Below are positions 38,582 to 48,586 of a stretch of DNA of 51,161 bases, in pieces (position 1 is the first letter of the stretch; every line of letters begins with the position of its first letter). The notes under the pieces were generated by a model, which saw only the letters and a program-made list of their open reading frames with translations, had not been told where the DNA came from and did no database searches. The position numbers were made by a program, and so were the translations under genes. This DNA comes from Gammaproteobacteria bacterium. GTDB lineage: Bacteria > Pseudomonadota > Gammaproteobacteria > GCA-002705445 > GCA-002716945. The DNA is taken from NCBI GenBank assembly GCA_030835925.1, contig JAURQW010000024.1, positions 1 to 51,161 on the forward strand. The letters are read 5' to 3'.

Positions 38582-39196
38582 ATGACATCGTTAGCAAACA
38601 GAAGATCAGCAATATTACTTTTTTCTTTGCCTGACTGTTTACACAGCCATAGAACAAGATTAGTAATTAAAGAGAAAGAAATTTCAGCAGAACTACACGA
38701 AATAGATATATCTAATATTTCAGAAGAAATTAAGTCCATTAGCCCATATGATGACTTTCCCACTTTAGTTGATAGAGATCTAGTATTGCAGAACTCTAGA
38801 GTCATAATAGAGTACTTGGATGAGAGGTTTCCTCATCCTCCATTGTTACCAGTAGATCCTGTGGCTAGGGCAAAATTTAGATTAGCTCTCGATAGGATCG
38901 AACATCAATGGTATCCAGAATTCAACAATGCATATCAAAATGGTGCTTTAGACGATTCATTTAAAGAAAAGATCAAATCTTATTTTTTAGAAATCGTACC
39001 ACTTATATCAGATAGTTATTTTATGAGCGAAGATTTTGGTTTGGTGGATTGCAGTCTAGCCCCATTGCTTTGGAGAGCAAAGTGTCTTGGTTTAGAGATC
39101 ACAGAAAATAAAAAAATCATAGATGACTACTGTGAAAGAATATTTAATAGAGAATCGTTCCAAGCTAGTCTTACCGAAACAGAAAGAGATATGTGA
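38582..39196 (+). CDS. sspA: Stringent starvation protein A
   Basis: SHRTRLV..EK, PTLVDRDLVL, EYLDERFPHPPLLPVDPVARA, DCSLAPLLWR. Confidence 0.95.
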   Translation: MTSLANRRSAILLFSLPDCLHSHRTRLVIKEKEISAELHEIDISNISEEIKSISPYDDFPTLVDRDLVLQNSRVIIEYLDERFPHPPLLPVDPVARAKFRLALDRIEHQWYPEFNNAYQNGALDDSFKEKIKSYFLEIVPLISDSYFMSEDFGLVDCSLAPLLWRAKCLGLEITENKKIIDDYCERIFNRESFQASLTETERDM

Positions 39197-39213
39197 TTTT
39201 GAGAACTTCCAGT

Positions 39214-39315
39214 TCACCAACCCAACATTTGAATAATTTTAGCACAAATTCCTATGGTATATTCTAAGATATATGAATAAGGATTATTACCTATGAAAAT
39301 TATTAATTCTTCCAT
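39214..39315 (-). other. 33-codon small ORF or truncated gene fragment
   Basis: Manual translation MEELIIFIGNNPYSYILEYTIGICAKIIQMLGW*. Divergent from the decayed gene at 39356. No clear RBS. Confidence 0.3.
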
Positions 39316-39355
39316 AATAATAAATTACTGTTTATAATTTAATAGAGGAGCGTTT

Positions 39356-40116
39356 ATGATTAAAAACATATTAGTATTCATGTTTATATTTCTATCAATA
39401 AATTTATCTTACGCACAAGAATTCAACCCACCTACTTTTGAAGAAAGATTCCCCTAAGAACGTGTCAATGATACATTCTACCTTCTTAGTTTAAACCTCG
39501 AAATTTATGATAGAAAAGAACATGAACTAATGTACAACTCATTTATTAAAACAATGGGCAATTATATTAAATTCATGAAAAACAATAAACCAGAAGGTTT
39601 AATTGGAAAGAAACTTTTATGTTCTTATAACTATGGATCTTTTATAAATGATAGTGGGAAGCGAGAGAAAACTACAGAAGAACATGGATTCATCTTTATA
39701 CCCAAAAGCACGGTTCATGGAGATATACCATATGTTGAGGGAAATCTTGCTGCCTTAGCATTTTCTGCTCAAAAACCAGATGTTAATGTGTATAAACACC
39801 CAGATGCTGGGGGATATTTAAATAACGGTTTCTTTTTTGGAGTAAATGTAACACCCGCGGCAGTAAGACTTTCAGAAAAAAAATAGGTATAGAGTTTTCA
39901 GGATTAAGTAATGGTGGTGCTCAAATAGATAGAGAAACATTATCTTATACTGATATTTACTTTAATCCAAAAAATAAAATAACATATGGAAAATGTAAAC
40001 TATATGATGAAAATATGACTAAATATTTCTTTACAAAACAAAAAGATATTATGGATAGGAATATTGAACACTACCAGAAGAAAAAAGCAGAACAAGAAAA
40101 GAAAAACAAAATATAA
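39356..40116 (+). pseudogene. Disrupted gene for a secreted hypothetical protein (about 250 aa if repaired)
   Basis: AGAGGAG RBS and signal peptide MIKNILVFMFIFLSINLSYA. In-frame TAA at 39455-39457, after which the same frame runs into ORF 39530-39886. A frameshift in the A8 run near 39880 continues as IGIEFSG...IDRETL...YGKCK...EKKNKI* to 40116. Confidence 0.75.
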
Positions 40117-40141
40117 TTCACTGTACCAACATTAATGAAAA

Positions 40142-40188
40142 TAGCGATAGACAGACTCGAACTGTCACTGTTGCCAGAATCGGATTTA
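40142..40188 (-). tRNA. 3' half of a class II tRNA, probably tRNA-Leu (fragment, non-functional)
   Basis: Minus strand reads TAAATCCGATT-CTGGCAACAG-T-GACAG-TTCGAGT-CTGTC-TATCGCTA: the anticodon 3' side, a long variable arm with a GCAA loop, a perfect T-arm and the acceptor 3' strand. No 5' half and no CCA. Confidence 0.75.
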
Positions 40189-40770
40189 TTTCGCTAGATG
40201 TATGTCAATACACTCGCAAATTGAATGAATGATAACAAGATGCATCTCTTGTATCCTGCTAGTTCGAGTAGATGGCACAAGGATCTTAATATCATTTTGA
40301 TCTAATAAGGCACATGCCTTGCCACCATTGTCACCGCTTACTAGTATGATTGGTATATTCTTATCTTTGGCTGAAACTATAGCATCTAATATATTTACAG
40401 AATTCCCACTCGTGGTAAACACCATGAGAATATCATCAGGATTGCCAATAGCCTTAATTTGTTTAGAAAAAACATATTGATACCCATAATCATTTGCAAT
40501 TGAAGTAAGTGTTGCAGTATCAGAATTTAACGAAATAGCTGGCAGAGGTTTTCTTTCAGATTCAAATCTATTTATAAATTCAGATGCTATATGTTGCGCA
40601 TCTCCGGATGACCCACCATTACCACATGTAAGAAGCTTACCTGAGCTATCAATCATTGATAATATCTTAGACGTTGCCGTATCTATGGACTCTAGAATCT
40701 GACTAGACGAAATAGAGTTAATTTTCTGATTCTCTTGAAAATTACTCTTTATAATATCAATATTACTCAT
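40186..40770 (-). CDS. gmhA: SIS-domain phosphoheptose isomerase GmhA / DnaA-associating protein DiaA
   Basis: CGNGGSSGDAQH, NRFESERKPLPAISL, TSIANDYGY, TSGNS, RIQEMH. GmhA and DiaA cannot be told apart by eye. Confidence 0.8.
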   Translation of the reverse strand: MSNIDIIKSNFQENQKINSISSSQILESIDTATSKILSMIDSSGKLLTCGNGGSSGDAQHIASEFINRFESERKPLPAISLNSDTATLTSIANDYGYQYVFSKQIKAIGNPDDILMVFTTSGNSVNILDAIVSAKDKNIPIILVSGDNGGKACALLDQNDIKILVPSTRTSRIQEMHLVIIHSICECIDIHLAK

Positions 40771-40840
40771 AATTTATTTATTGGACTTTGATAATACTAC
40801 AATATAACCTAGCAAGAAGAAATAAGATAGTTTTAACAAT

Positions 40841-41668
40841 ATGCCAGGTACACTTTATATAGTCTCCACACCGATTGGAAATCTTCAAGATATTACCATC
40901 AGGGCAATTGAAGTCTTAAAATTATCAGACTATATATTAGCCGAAAGCTCAGTCCGCTCATCAAGACTACTAAATGAATATAATCTAAATAAACGAATAG
41001 TCACTTTCAATAAAGATAATGAAAAAAGAAAAATAAAAGCAGTGATGGAAGATTTATCTAATGGGCTAAATATATGTTTGATATCAGATGCTGGGACTCC
41101 ATCAATTTCTGATCCAGGATATGAATTAACGAGATGCATAGAACCATCAGTCAATATTGTGCCAATACCCGGGCCAAGTTCACTCACAACTGCTTTATCT
41201 GTCTCAAAAATCCCAATTAATAAATTCATGTTTTTAGGTTTTTTATCTAAAAAACAAAAAGAAAGGGAAAAGCAATTATTAATCATCAAGGACACATCAT
41301 TGCCTGCAGTTGTTTTTGAGAGCAAGCATCGGATAGTATCTCTATTAAGTGATATAACAGATACTCTAGGCCCAGACATCCAAATAGCAGTTATGAGAGA
41401 GTTAACAAAACTTCATGAAGAAATATATCATGACACAGCATCAAACCTCTTGGAGAAATTTTCAGAAAATATGTTGAATGGGGAAATTACAATGATTATA
41501 GGCGCTCCAATATCTCATGCTATCCAAATGAATATTTTTGATAAGCAAATTATAGAATTATCAAAAAAACATTCAGCAAGCGAAATTGTCAATATAATAC
41601 GTTTATTTAATGATGTTAATAAAAAAGAATTGTACAAATATGTATTAAAGATTAGACAGAGCGGCTAG
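40841..41668 (+). CDS. rsmI: 16S rRNA C1402 2'-O-methyltransferase
   Basis: LYIVSTPIGNLQDITIRA, ISDAGTPSISDPG, PIPGPS, RELTKLHEE. Confidence 0.95.
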   Translation: MPGTLYIVSTPIGNLQDITIRAIEVLKLSDYILAESSVRSSRLLNEYNLNKRIVTFNKDNEKRKIKAVMEDLSNGLNICLISDAGTPSISDPGYELTRCIEPSVNIVPIPGPSSLTTALSVSKIPINKFMFLGFLSKKQKEREKQLLIIKDTSLPAVVFESKHRIVSLLSDITDTLGPDIQIAVMRELTKLHEEIYHDTASNLLEKFSENMLNGEITMIIGAPISHAIQMNIFDKQIIELSKKHSASEIVNIIRLFNDVNKKELYKYVLKIRQSG

Positions 41669-41691
41669 TCTGTCGTATCATTTAGCTTTAG

Positions 41692-41772
41692 ATGCAAGCT
41701 AAAAAAAAACAATCAAAGATGACTCAAAACGAGCCATCTTTTTTTTTACAAACTAGATATAACCTTGAATAA
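41692..41772 (+). promoter_or_regulatory. Putative carA leader peptide (26 aa) of a transcription attenuator
   Basis: ATG at 41692 gives [26 protein letters not shown]. It reads through the terminator hairpin and overlaps the carA TTG start by 8 nt in another frame. Confidence 0.5.
41715..41747 (+). terminator. Rho-independent terminator or attenuator upstream of carA
   Basis: AAAGATGACTC-AAAAC-GAGCCATCTTT stem (one mismatch) running into T9, ending 17 nt before the carA start. Confidence 0.75.
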
Positions 41773-42898
41773 TACAAATGCAACACTATTGTTAGAAGAC
41801 GGTAGCACCTTTAGCGGCCGTTCTATTGGTGCAGACGGGATATCAGTTGGCGAAGTAGTATTTAATACATCTATGACGGGATATCAGGAGATAATCACTG
41901 ACCCCTCTTACAATAGACAAATTATAACTTTCACAAATCCACATATTGGCAATACAGGAGTCAATCCTGACGATATTGAATCAAGCAAGATATTTGCTTC
42001 TGGAGTTATCATCAGAGATGAGGAGATAATATCAAATAGTTGGAGAAAAACTGGCAAATTACAAGACTTTTTAAAAGATCAAGGAATTTTAGCAATTGCT
42101 GGCGTTGATACAAGAAAACTAACAAAAATCTTAAGAACAAAAGGTTCTCAGAATGGTTGTATTATCTCTGGTGAAAACGATCTTGAAGCAGCTAAGAAAA
42201 AACTTTTAGATTTCAAGGGTCTTGAGGGATTAGACCTCGCGATAAAAGTGACAACAAAAGAAGAATATGAATGGGACAGTACTTCGATAGACATATACAA
42301 CAGAACTTTCGACAAACCAAAGAGCAATTATAGTATTGTTGCTTATGATTTTGGTATAAAACATAATATTCTAAGATTGCTAGTAGACAGTGGTTGTAAA
42401 ATTAAAGTTGTTCCGGCAGATTATCCTGTAGATAAAGTTTTAGAATTAAAGCCAGATGGAGTTTTTCTATCAAATGGACCTGGCGACCCTAAAGCTTGTG
42501 ATTATGCCATACAGAATATAAGAGAGTTATTAAAGAACAAAATACCTATGTTTGGAATCTGTTTGGGTTTTCAGCTTTTAGCTCTAGCATCTGGCGCATC
42601 GACAGTTAAGATGAAATTTGGTCACCATGGTGCAAATCATCCTGTAATGAAGCTTGCTAATAAAAAAGTTTTTATTACAAGTCAGAACCATGGATTTATG
42701 GTTGATGATAACAGCCTGCCTAACAATATAGTTAAAACACATATTTCACTATTTGATAATTCATTACAAGGCTTTGAAATAAAGGATCATTTTGCTTTTG
42801 GATTCCAAGGACATCCCGAGGCCAGTCCAGGACCAAATGATATTAGAGAAATTTTTAAGCAATTTATACAAAAAATGGAAGATAAAATTAATGCCTAA
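41765..42898 (+). CDS. carA: Carbamoyl-phosphate synthase small subunit
   Basis: [49 protein letters not shown] start. Confidence 0.97.
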   Translation: MNNTNATLLLEDGSTFSGRSIGADGISVGEVVFNTSMTGYQEIITDPSYNRQIITFTNPHIGNTGVNPDDIESSKIFASGVIIRDEEIISNSWRKTGKLQDFLKDQGILAIAGVDTRKLTKILRTKGSQNGCIISGENDLEAAKKKLLDFKGLEGLDLAIKVTTKEEYEWDSTSIDIYNRTFDKPKSNYSIVAYDFGIKHNILRLLVDSGCKIKVVPADYPVDKVLELKPDGVFLSNGPGDPKACDYAIQNIRELLKNKIPMFGICLGFQLLALASGASTVKMKFGHHGANHPVMKLANKKVFITSQNHGFMVDDNSLPNNIVKTHISLFDNSLQGFEIKDHFAFGFQGHPEASPGPNDIREIFKQFIQKMEDKINA

Positions 42899-45800
42899 GG
42901 ATAACAAAATAAAAAGTGTTCTAATTATTGGAGCAGGCCCAATTGTTATTGGGCAAGCTTGCGAATTTGATTATTCTGGTGTTCAGGCTTGCAAAGCTTT
43001 GCGTGAAGAGGGTATTAGGGTAATTTTAGTTAATTCAAATCCTGCAACAATAATGACTGATCCAGAAATGGCAGATAAAGTATATATAGAACCTATTCAC
43101 TGGAGAAATGTAGAGAAAATAATTATTAAAGAAAAACCTGATGCTATTTTGCCTACAATGGGAGGGCAAACCGCTCTCAATACAACGCTAGACTTAAATC
43201 GTCATAAGATCCTAGAAAAATATAATGTTGAGATTATCGGTGCAAGCGTTGACTCAATAGATATGGCAGAGGATAGAGAACTGTTCAAAAATGCTATGGC
43301 AAGTATTGGATTAGAAACTGCAAGAGCATATATAGCTCATGATTACGAAGAAGCACAAGAACATCAAAAGAAAATAGGCTTCCCTGTATTAATCAGACCA
43401 TCTTTTACTCTTGGAGGATCCGGTGGAGGTATCGCGTATAATATCAAAGATTTTGAAAATATTGTGAATAGAGGATTAGATTTATCACCAACAAGCGAGG
43501 TTCTTATAGAAGAGTCTGTTATTGGATGGAAAGAGTTTGAAATGGAGGTAGTTAGAGACAAGAATGATAACTGCATAATAGTTTGTTCTATAGAAAATAT
43601 TGACCCTATGGGTGTACATACTGGAGATTCAATTACAGTAGCCCCCGCTCAAACATTAACAGATAAGGAGTATCAAGAGCTAAGAAATGCATCAATCAAA
43701 GTCCTCCGCAAGATTGGTGTTGATACCGGAGGTTCAAATGTTCAATTTGCTATTTGTCCTGTCACTGGAAGAATACTGGTAATTGAAATGAACCCTAGAG
43801 TTTCTAGATCATCAGCATTAGCCTCAAAAGCTACTGGTTTTCCTATTGCAAAAATTGCAGCTAAATTAGCAATTGGTTACACATTGGATGAACTCAGAAA
43901 TGAGATAACTGGAGGAGTAATTCCTGCCTCATTTGAACCGAGCATTGATTATGTAGTAACTAAAATACCCAGGTTTGCATTCGAAAAGTTTAAAGAAGCT
44001 GACAGTAAACTAACTACTCAAATGAAATCTGTCGGAGAGGTGATGGCAATTGGAAGAAATTTTCAAGAATCTTTTCAAAAAGCTCTACGTGGGTTAGAGA
44101 TAGGGATAGATGGCTTAGAAAATCCTGATCTACCGAATCAAGATAATAAGGATAATCTTATAAATCAATTGAGGACTCCCACACCAAATAGAATTCTATA
44201 CGTAGCAGCAGCTATAAGACAAGGTTTTAAACTTAATGAAATATTTAGCCTAACCCATATTGATTTATGGTTTTTGTCACAAATTGAAGATCTAATAAAA
44301 GAAGAGCTAAGACTATGTAAGATCGATAATAAAAAAATAAATATCGATGACCTTGCTAGATTAAAGAAAAAAGGCTTTTCAGATTCATTGCTATCTAGAC
44401 ATCTCAAATGCAATGAAGATTTCATAAGAGAGTTAAGAATTAAAAATAACATCTTGCCAATATTTAAAAGAGTTGATGCATGTGCTGCTGAATTTGAAGC
44501 AACAACTGCATATATGTATTCATCTTATGATGATGAGTGTGAGGCAAACCCATCTGATAATAAAAAGATTTTAATATTGGGAGGAGGACCAAATAGAATT
44601 GGACAAGGGATAGAATTTGATTATTGCTGTGTACATGCATCTTTAGCTTTAAGGAAAGAAGGCTTTGAAACAATTATGGTTAATTGTAACCCCGAGACTG
44701 TATCTACGGATTTTGATATATCTGATAGGCTTTATTTTGAACCTCTAACATTTGAGGATGTAATGTCGATAATTGATGTTGAAAAACCTCATGGAGTCAT
44801 TGTTCAGTATGGTGGACAAACTCCTTTAAAACTAGCTAATAAACTTAAACAAAATAAAGTTAACATAATAGGTACATCGCCAGAAGCAATTGATCTAGCA
44901 GAAGACAGAGAAAAATTTAAAGATTTAGTAGAAAAGCTTGGATTGAAACAACCTAATAATTCTATAGCAACAAATGTTGATGAGGCTTTAAATGTTGCAA
45001 ATGAAATTGGGTACCCCTTAGTTGTCAGACCATCATATGTTTTGGGTGGAAGAGCAATGGAAATAGTGACAACAGATGATGATTTGAAAAGATATATGGA
45101 TGAAGCTGTATCGGTTTCAAATGACTCTCCAGTCCTACTCGACAGATTTCTAAATGATGCTATAGAAGTTGATATAGATGTTATTGCTGATGGCAAAGAT
45201 GTTTTTATAGGAGCCATAATGGAGCATATTGAAGAAGCTGGTATTCACTCCGGTGATTCAGGCTGCTCCATACCTCCGTATACTCTATCAGATGAGATTA
45301 TGACCCAATTACGAAAACAAGTAACTAAATTAGCTTTGGAGTTAAATGTTATCGGTTTAATGAATACTCAATTCGCTATAAAAGATAATGAAATATTTTT
45401 ATTAGAAGTCAATCCTCGTGCTTCAAGAACTGCACCATTCGTTTCCAAAGCAATTGGGATTCAGTTGGCAAAAATGGGAGCGTTAGTTATGTCAGGAAAA
45501 TCATTAAAAGAGCTCAATCTTTCTCATGAGGTCAGCCCAACATACTTCTCAGTTAAAGAAGCTGTTTTACCTTTTGCAAAATTTCCTGAAGTTGATGTAC
45601 TTTTGGGGCCAGAAATGAAATCTACTGGAGAAGTAATGGGCATAGGACATAGTTTTGGAGAAGCTTACTTCAAAGCTCAAAGAGCAGCTGGAGTTATATT
45701 GCCTAAATCAGGAAATGTATTCTTGAGTGTGCGCGATAAAGACAAGCCTGCTGTCTGTGAAATTGCAAAAGATTTACAAAAAATTGGTTTTCAATTGTTT

Positions 45801-46109
45801 GCAACTAAAGGCACACAAAAATACTTAGATGATAATGGTATCGAATGTAATCAAATCAATAAAGTTAAAGAGGGTCAGCCACATATTGTAGATATGATTA
45901 AGAACGGTGATGTACACCTGATAATTAATACTACAGAAGGAGCTCGTTCTATAAATGATTCATTCTCTATTCGAAAAGAAGCAAACAACTATAATGTTTG
46001 TTTGACAACTACTATCTCTGGGGCAAAAGCGTTTTGTAAAGCAATTTTATTTATTGATAACTTTGATGCAACTGATATTCAATCTTTACATAAGACGATA
46101 GACTACTGA
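42891..46109 (+). CDS. carB: Carbamoyl-phosphate synthase large subunit
   Basis: [49 protein letters not shown] and an MGS domain. Start reassigned to the ATG at 42891 (MPKD). Confidence 0.97.
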   Translation: MPKDNKIKSVLIIGAGPIVIGQACEFDYSGVQACKALREEGIRVILVNSNPATIMTDPEMADKVYIEPIHWRNVEKIIIKEKPDAILPTMGGQTALNTTLDLNRHKILEKYNVEIIGASVDSIDMAEDRELFKNAMASIGLETARAYIAHDYEEAQEHQKKIGFPVLIRPSFTLGGSGGGIAYNIKDFENIVNRGLDLSPTSEVLIEESVIGWKEFEMEVVRDKNDNCIIVCSIENIDPMGVHTGDSITVAPAQTLTDKEYQELRNASIKVLRKIGVDTGGSNVQFAICPVTGRILVIEMNPRVSRSSALASKATGFPIAKIAAKLAIGYTLDELRNEITGGVIPASFEPSIDYVVTKIPRFAFEKFKEADSKLTTQMKSVGEVMAIGRNFQESFQKALRGLEIGIDGLENPDLPNQDNKDNLINQLRTPTPNRILYVAAAIRQGFKLNEIFSLTHIDLWFLSQIEDLIKEELRLCKIDNKKINIDDLARLKKKGFSDSLLSRHLKCNEDFIRELRIKNNILPIFKRVDACAAEFEATTAYMYSSYDDECEANPSDNKKILILGGGPNRIGQGIEFDYCCVHASLALRKEGFETIMVNCNPETVSTDFDISDRLYFEPLTFEDVMSIIDVEKPHGVIVQYGGQTPLKLANKLKQNKVNIIGTSPEAIDLAEDREKFKDLVEKLGLKQPNNSIATNVDEALNVANEIGYPLVVRPSYVLGGRAMEIVTTDDDLKRYMDEAVSVSNDSPVLLDRFLNDAIEVDIDVIADGKDVFIGAIMEHIEEAGIHSGDSGCSIPPYTLSDEIMTQLRKQVTKLALELNVIGLMNTQFAIKDNEIFLLEVNPRASRTAPFVSKAIGIQLAKMGALVMSGKSLKELNLSHEVSPTYFSVKEAVLPFAKFPEVDVLLGPEMKSTGEVMGIGHSFGEAYFKAQRAAGVILPKSGNVFLSVRDKDKPAVCEIAKDLQKIGFQLFATKGTQKYLDDNGIECNQINKVKEGQPHIVDMIKNGDVHLIINTTEGARSINDSFSIRKEANNYNVCLTTTISGAKAFCKAILFIDNFDATDIQSLHKTIDY

Positions 46110-47338
46110 TTAAATTTTTTAATATCAATTAAATTTTCACTATGGGCAACCACACATGATATGCATGTATCACCACTTACATTCACACTTGTTCTCATCA
46201 TATCAAGCAATCTATCAACACCTAACAAGAGTGTTATACCTTCGAGTGGAATGCCTAGTTCTGTTAAAATCAAAGACAACATTATGATTCCAGCGCTCGG
46301 TATGCCTGCTGTGCCAATAGAGGCAACAGTCGCAGTTAGTATTATTATTATAAAATCAATTAGTTCTAGTTCAATGCCATAGTAAGCAGCTAAAAAATAT
46401 GTTGCACATCCTTGCATGATTGCGGTGCCATCCATATTTATAGTAGCACCCAAAGGTACTGAGAACGATGCTAAAGATTTATTTACTCCATATTTGTTAG
46501 TTACAATATCTAAAGTAAAAGGTATTGATGCATTACTACTCGAGGTACTAAAAGTAAAAATAATCAGAGATTTTAACTTAGCATAGAATGTTCCAATATC
46601 TAGATTTGAGAAAACTTTAAGTAACAAAGAATACGTAAAAGTGAAATGCAATAATAAAACAAGGACAACTATGGAGAAATATTTCATTAAGGGAATAAAT
46701 ACATCTAATCCCTCCATAGAGAACGTTTTTGCAAGCAATGCAAAAACTGCTATAGGTGTAAATGATATTATAATTAAAACCATTTTATTAAAGATTTTGT
46801 TTAAGTTATCTATTAAATTTACAAACTCTGGAATTTCATTTTTGATATATGAGGCTGATATACCAATAAAAATAGCAAAACTTAGGACTTGTATTACATT
46901 GCCGTCTACCAATGCAGCAAAAAAATTCTGCGGGAAAAGGCTTAAGATGAAATTAGAACTTGGCTCCGCAGCTAGCACTTGTTTAGTATTATTCACGGCA
47001 TCTATTACTTCTATATTATAATTAACAAAACTAGATATAAATAAAGCTAAGGTGATAGCAATCATGGTTGTGAATATATATAGGGTTAAGGTTTTAATAC
47101 CCAGTCTCCCTAGTGTATTCACGTCATTAATAGATATTATGCCAGAAATAATAGATACAAATATAAGTGGCAATACAATCATTTTAAGTAATATTAAAAA
47201 AATAGATGAAATAGTATGAAAAACTTGGTTAATTAAAATGGATTCTATTAATTGATTTGGTATAAAAAAATTATTTATTAACAGACCAACGACAATTCCA
47301 GTCACCATTGAAAATAGTACTTTTTTTGTAAAGCTCAT
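46103..47338 (-). CDS. Dicarboxylate/amino acid:cation symporter (DAACS family)
   Basis: [55 protein letters not shown]. Confidence 0.93.
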   Translation of the reverse strand: MSFTKKVLFSMVTGIVVGLLINNFFIPNQLIESILINQVFHTISSIFLILLKMIVLPLIFVSIISGIISINDVNTLGRLGIKTLTLYIFTTMIAITLALFISSFVNYNIEVIDAVNNTKQVLAAEPSSNFILSLFPQNFFAALVDGNVIQVLSFAIFIGISASYIKNEIPEFVNLIDNLNKIFNKMVLIIISFTPIAVFALLAKTFSMEGLDVFIPLMKYFSIVVLVLLLHFTFTYSLLLKVFSNLDIGTFYAKLKSLIIFTFSTSSSNASIPFTLDIVTNKYGVNKSLASFSVPLGATINMDGTAIMQGCATYFLAAYYGIELELIDFIIIILTATVASIGTAGIPSAGIIMLSLILTELGIPLEGITLLLGVDRLLDMMRTSVNVSGDTCISCVVAHSENLIDIKKFNQ

Positions 47339-47345
47339 CTAGAAT

Positions 47346-47843
47346 CTAAAGACTATTTAAAGCGGCATCATAATTTGGTTCATTAGCAATCTCTTGAACC
47401 AGTTCTGAGTGAATTATTTTTTTATTTTTATCAATCACAATTACAGCCCTAGCAGTGATACCAGATAAAGGGCCATCTACAAGGAGAACTCCATAGTCTT
47501 TAGCAAAATTCCTTGATCTCATCATAGATAATGGCTTTACAGAATCAATAGATTCGGTACTACAAAATCTTTTCATAGCAAATGGTAAATCAGCTGATAC
47601 TGCAAGTATAGCTACATCAGGTAGCATAGATGCTTTTTCATTAAAAATCTTTGTAGATTTCTGACAAACTGGTGTGTCTAAGCTCGGTATAATATTCAGA
47701 ATGATATTTTTTCCATCATAGCTGGATAGAGTAACATCATTTAAGTCCGAATCTACTAACACAAATTCAGGTGCAGACGACCCAACTTTTGGCACCTCGC
47801 CATTAGTATTGATTTTATTTCCTTGAAGTGTAATTTCTGCCAT
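47346..47843 (-). CDS. tpx: Thiol peroxidase (atypical 2-Cys peroxiredoxin)
   Basis: PSLDTPVC, SADLPFAMKRFC, EIANEPNY. Confidence 0.95.
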   Translation of the reverse strand: MAEITLQGNKINTNGEVPKVGSSAPEFVLVDSDLNDVTLSSYDGKNIILNIIPSLDTPVCQKSTKIFNEKASMLPDVAILAVSADLPFAMKRFCSTESIDSVKPLSMMRSRNFAKDYGVLLVDGPLSGITARAVIVIDKNKKIIHSELVQEIANEPNYDAALNSL

Positions 47844-47877
47844 ACAACATCATAACAATCTAAATTTATGAATTCAA

Positions 47878-47886
47878 TGTTATAAT
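47878..47886 (+). promoter_or_regulatory. Extended -10 promoter for rlmE, predicted near-leaderless transcript
   Basis: TGTTATAAT ends 8 nt before the ATG, and no SD is present. Confidence 0.5.
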
Positions 47887-47894
47887 CCTCGCAT

Positions 47895-48509
47895 ATGAGC
47901 AAAAGTAACAAAACAAACAATTGGGTCAAAAAACACTCCAAAGATCCTTTTGTCAAAAAATCTCAAAATGATAAGTATAGATCTCGAGCTGCATATAAAC
48001 TTAAATCTATTAATGAAAAATTTGATATTTTAAAGGATGTCAGGTGTGTTGTAGATCTAGGCTGCGCACCTGGTTCTTGGTTACAGGTTTTACAGGAATA
48101 CAAGAATATAAGAGAAATCATCGGAATCGATGTTTTAGATCTAGATTTAATCCCTGGAGTACATATATATAAGCAAGATATAAGAGATTATGAATCACTA
48201 GACAAGATCTTTATAGAACTAAATATTGTCGTAGACCTTGTATTATCAGATATTGCCCCCAACATAACAGGTATAAGCGATATAGATCAGAGCAATTTTT
48301 CTGAAATCGCTGTGACTATAAAGGATTTTTGTAAATCTAGGTTAAAGGTCGGAGGAACAATGGTAATGAAATATTTTCTTGGTAGCAGTTTTGATGAGAC
48401 TTTAAATAGTCTAGATAATAACTTTAATAAAATTAATGTTTTTAAGCCAACATCATCCAAGAAAAAGAGTAATGAAGTTTACCTTATTTGTATTGATTTC
48501 AAAGCCTGA
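47895..48509 (+). CDS. rlmE: 23S rRNA U2552 2'-O-methyltransferase
   Basis: DPFVKK...YRSRAAYKL, VVDLGCAPGSWLQ, LSDIAPNITG, SNEVY. Upstream of ftsH. Confidence 0.95.
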   Translation: MSKSNKTNNWVKKHSKDPFVKKSQNDKYRSRAAYKLKSINEKFDILKDVRCVVDLGCAPGSWLQVLQEYKNIREIIGIDVLDLDLIPGVHIYKQDIRDYESLDKIFIELNIVVDLVLSDIAPNITGISDIDQSNFSEIAVTIKDFCKSRLKVGGTMVMKYFLGSSFDETLNSLDNNFNKINVFKPTSSKKKSNEVYLICIDFKA

Positions 48510-48533
48510 TATAGTATTAGACGGTTTATTGAA

Positions 48534-48563
48534 TTGACAAGCATAGAAGTTAAAATATAGAAT
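48534..48563 (+). promoter_or_regulatory. Sigma70 promoter for ftsH
   Basis: TTGACA-N18-TAGAAT, ending 23 nt before the ATG. Confidence 0.6.
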
Positions 48564-48586
48564 GATTCTAAGAGAGTAATTAAATT

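Noticed and set aside
39455-39457. Stop-codon recoding or an alternative genetic code at the in-frame TAA
   Set aside because: TAA, TAG and TGA all terminate normal genes in this window, so one internal stop is better explained as mutation or error.
41675-41712. CATTT...ATGCAAGCTAAAAA resembles the SAM-II/SAM-V riboswitch 3' motif, and the A-rich tail resembles preQ1-I
   Set aside because: The required P1 and pseudoknot pairing is not evident, a simple hairpin explains the sequence, and carA is not a SAM or queuosine gene. An Infernal search would settle it.
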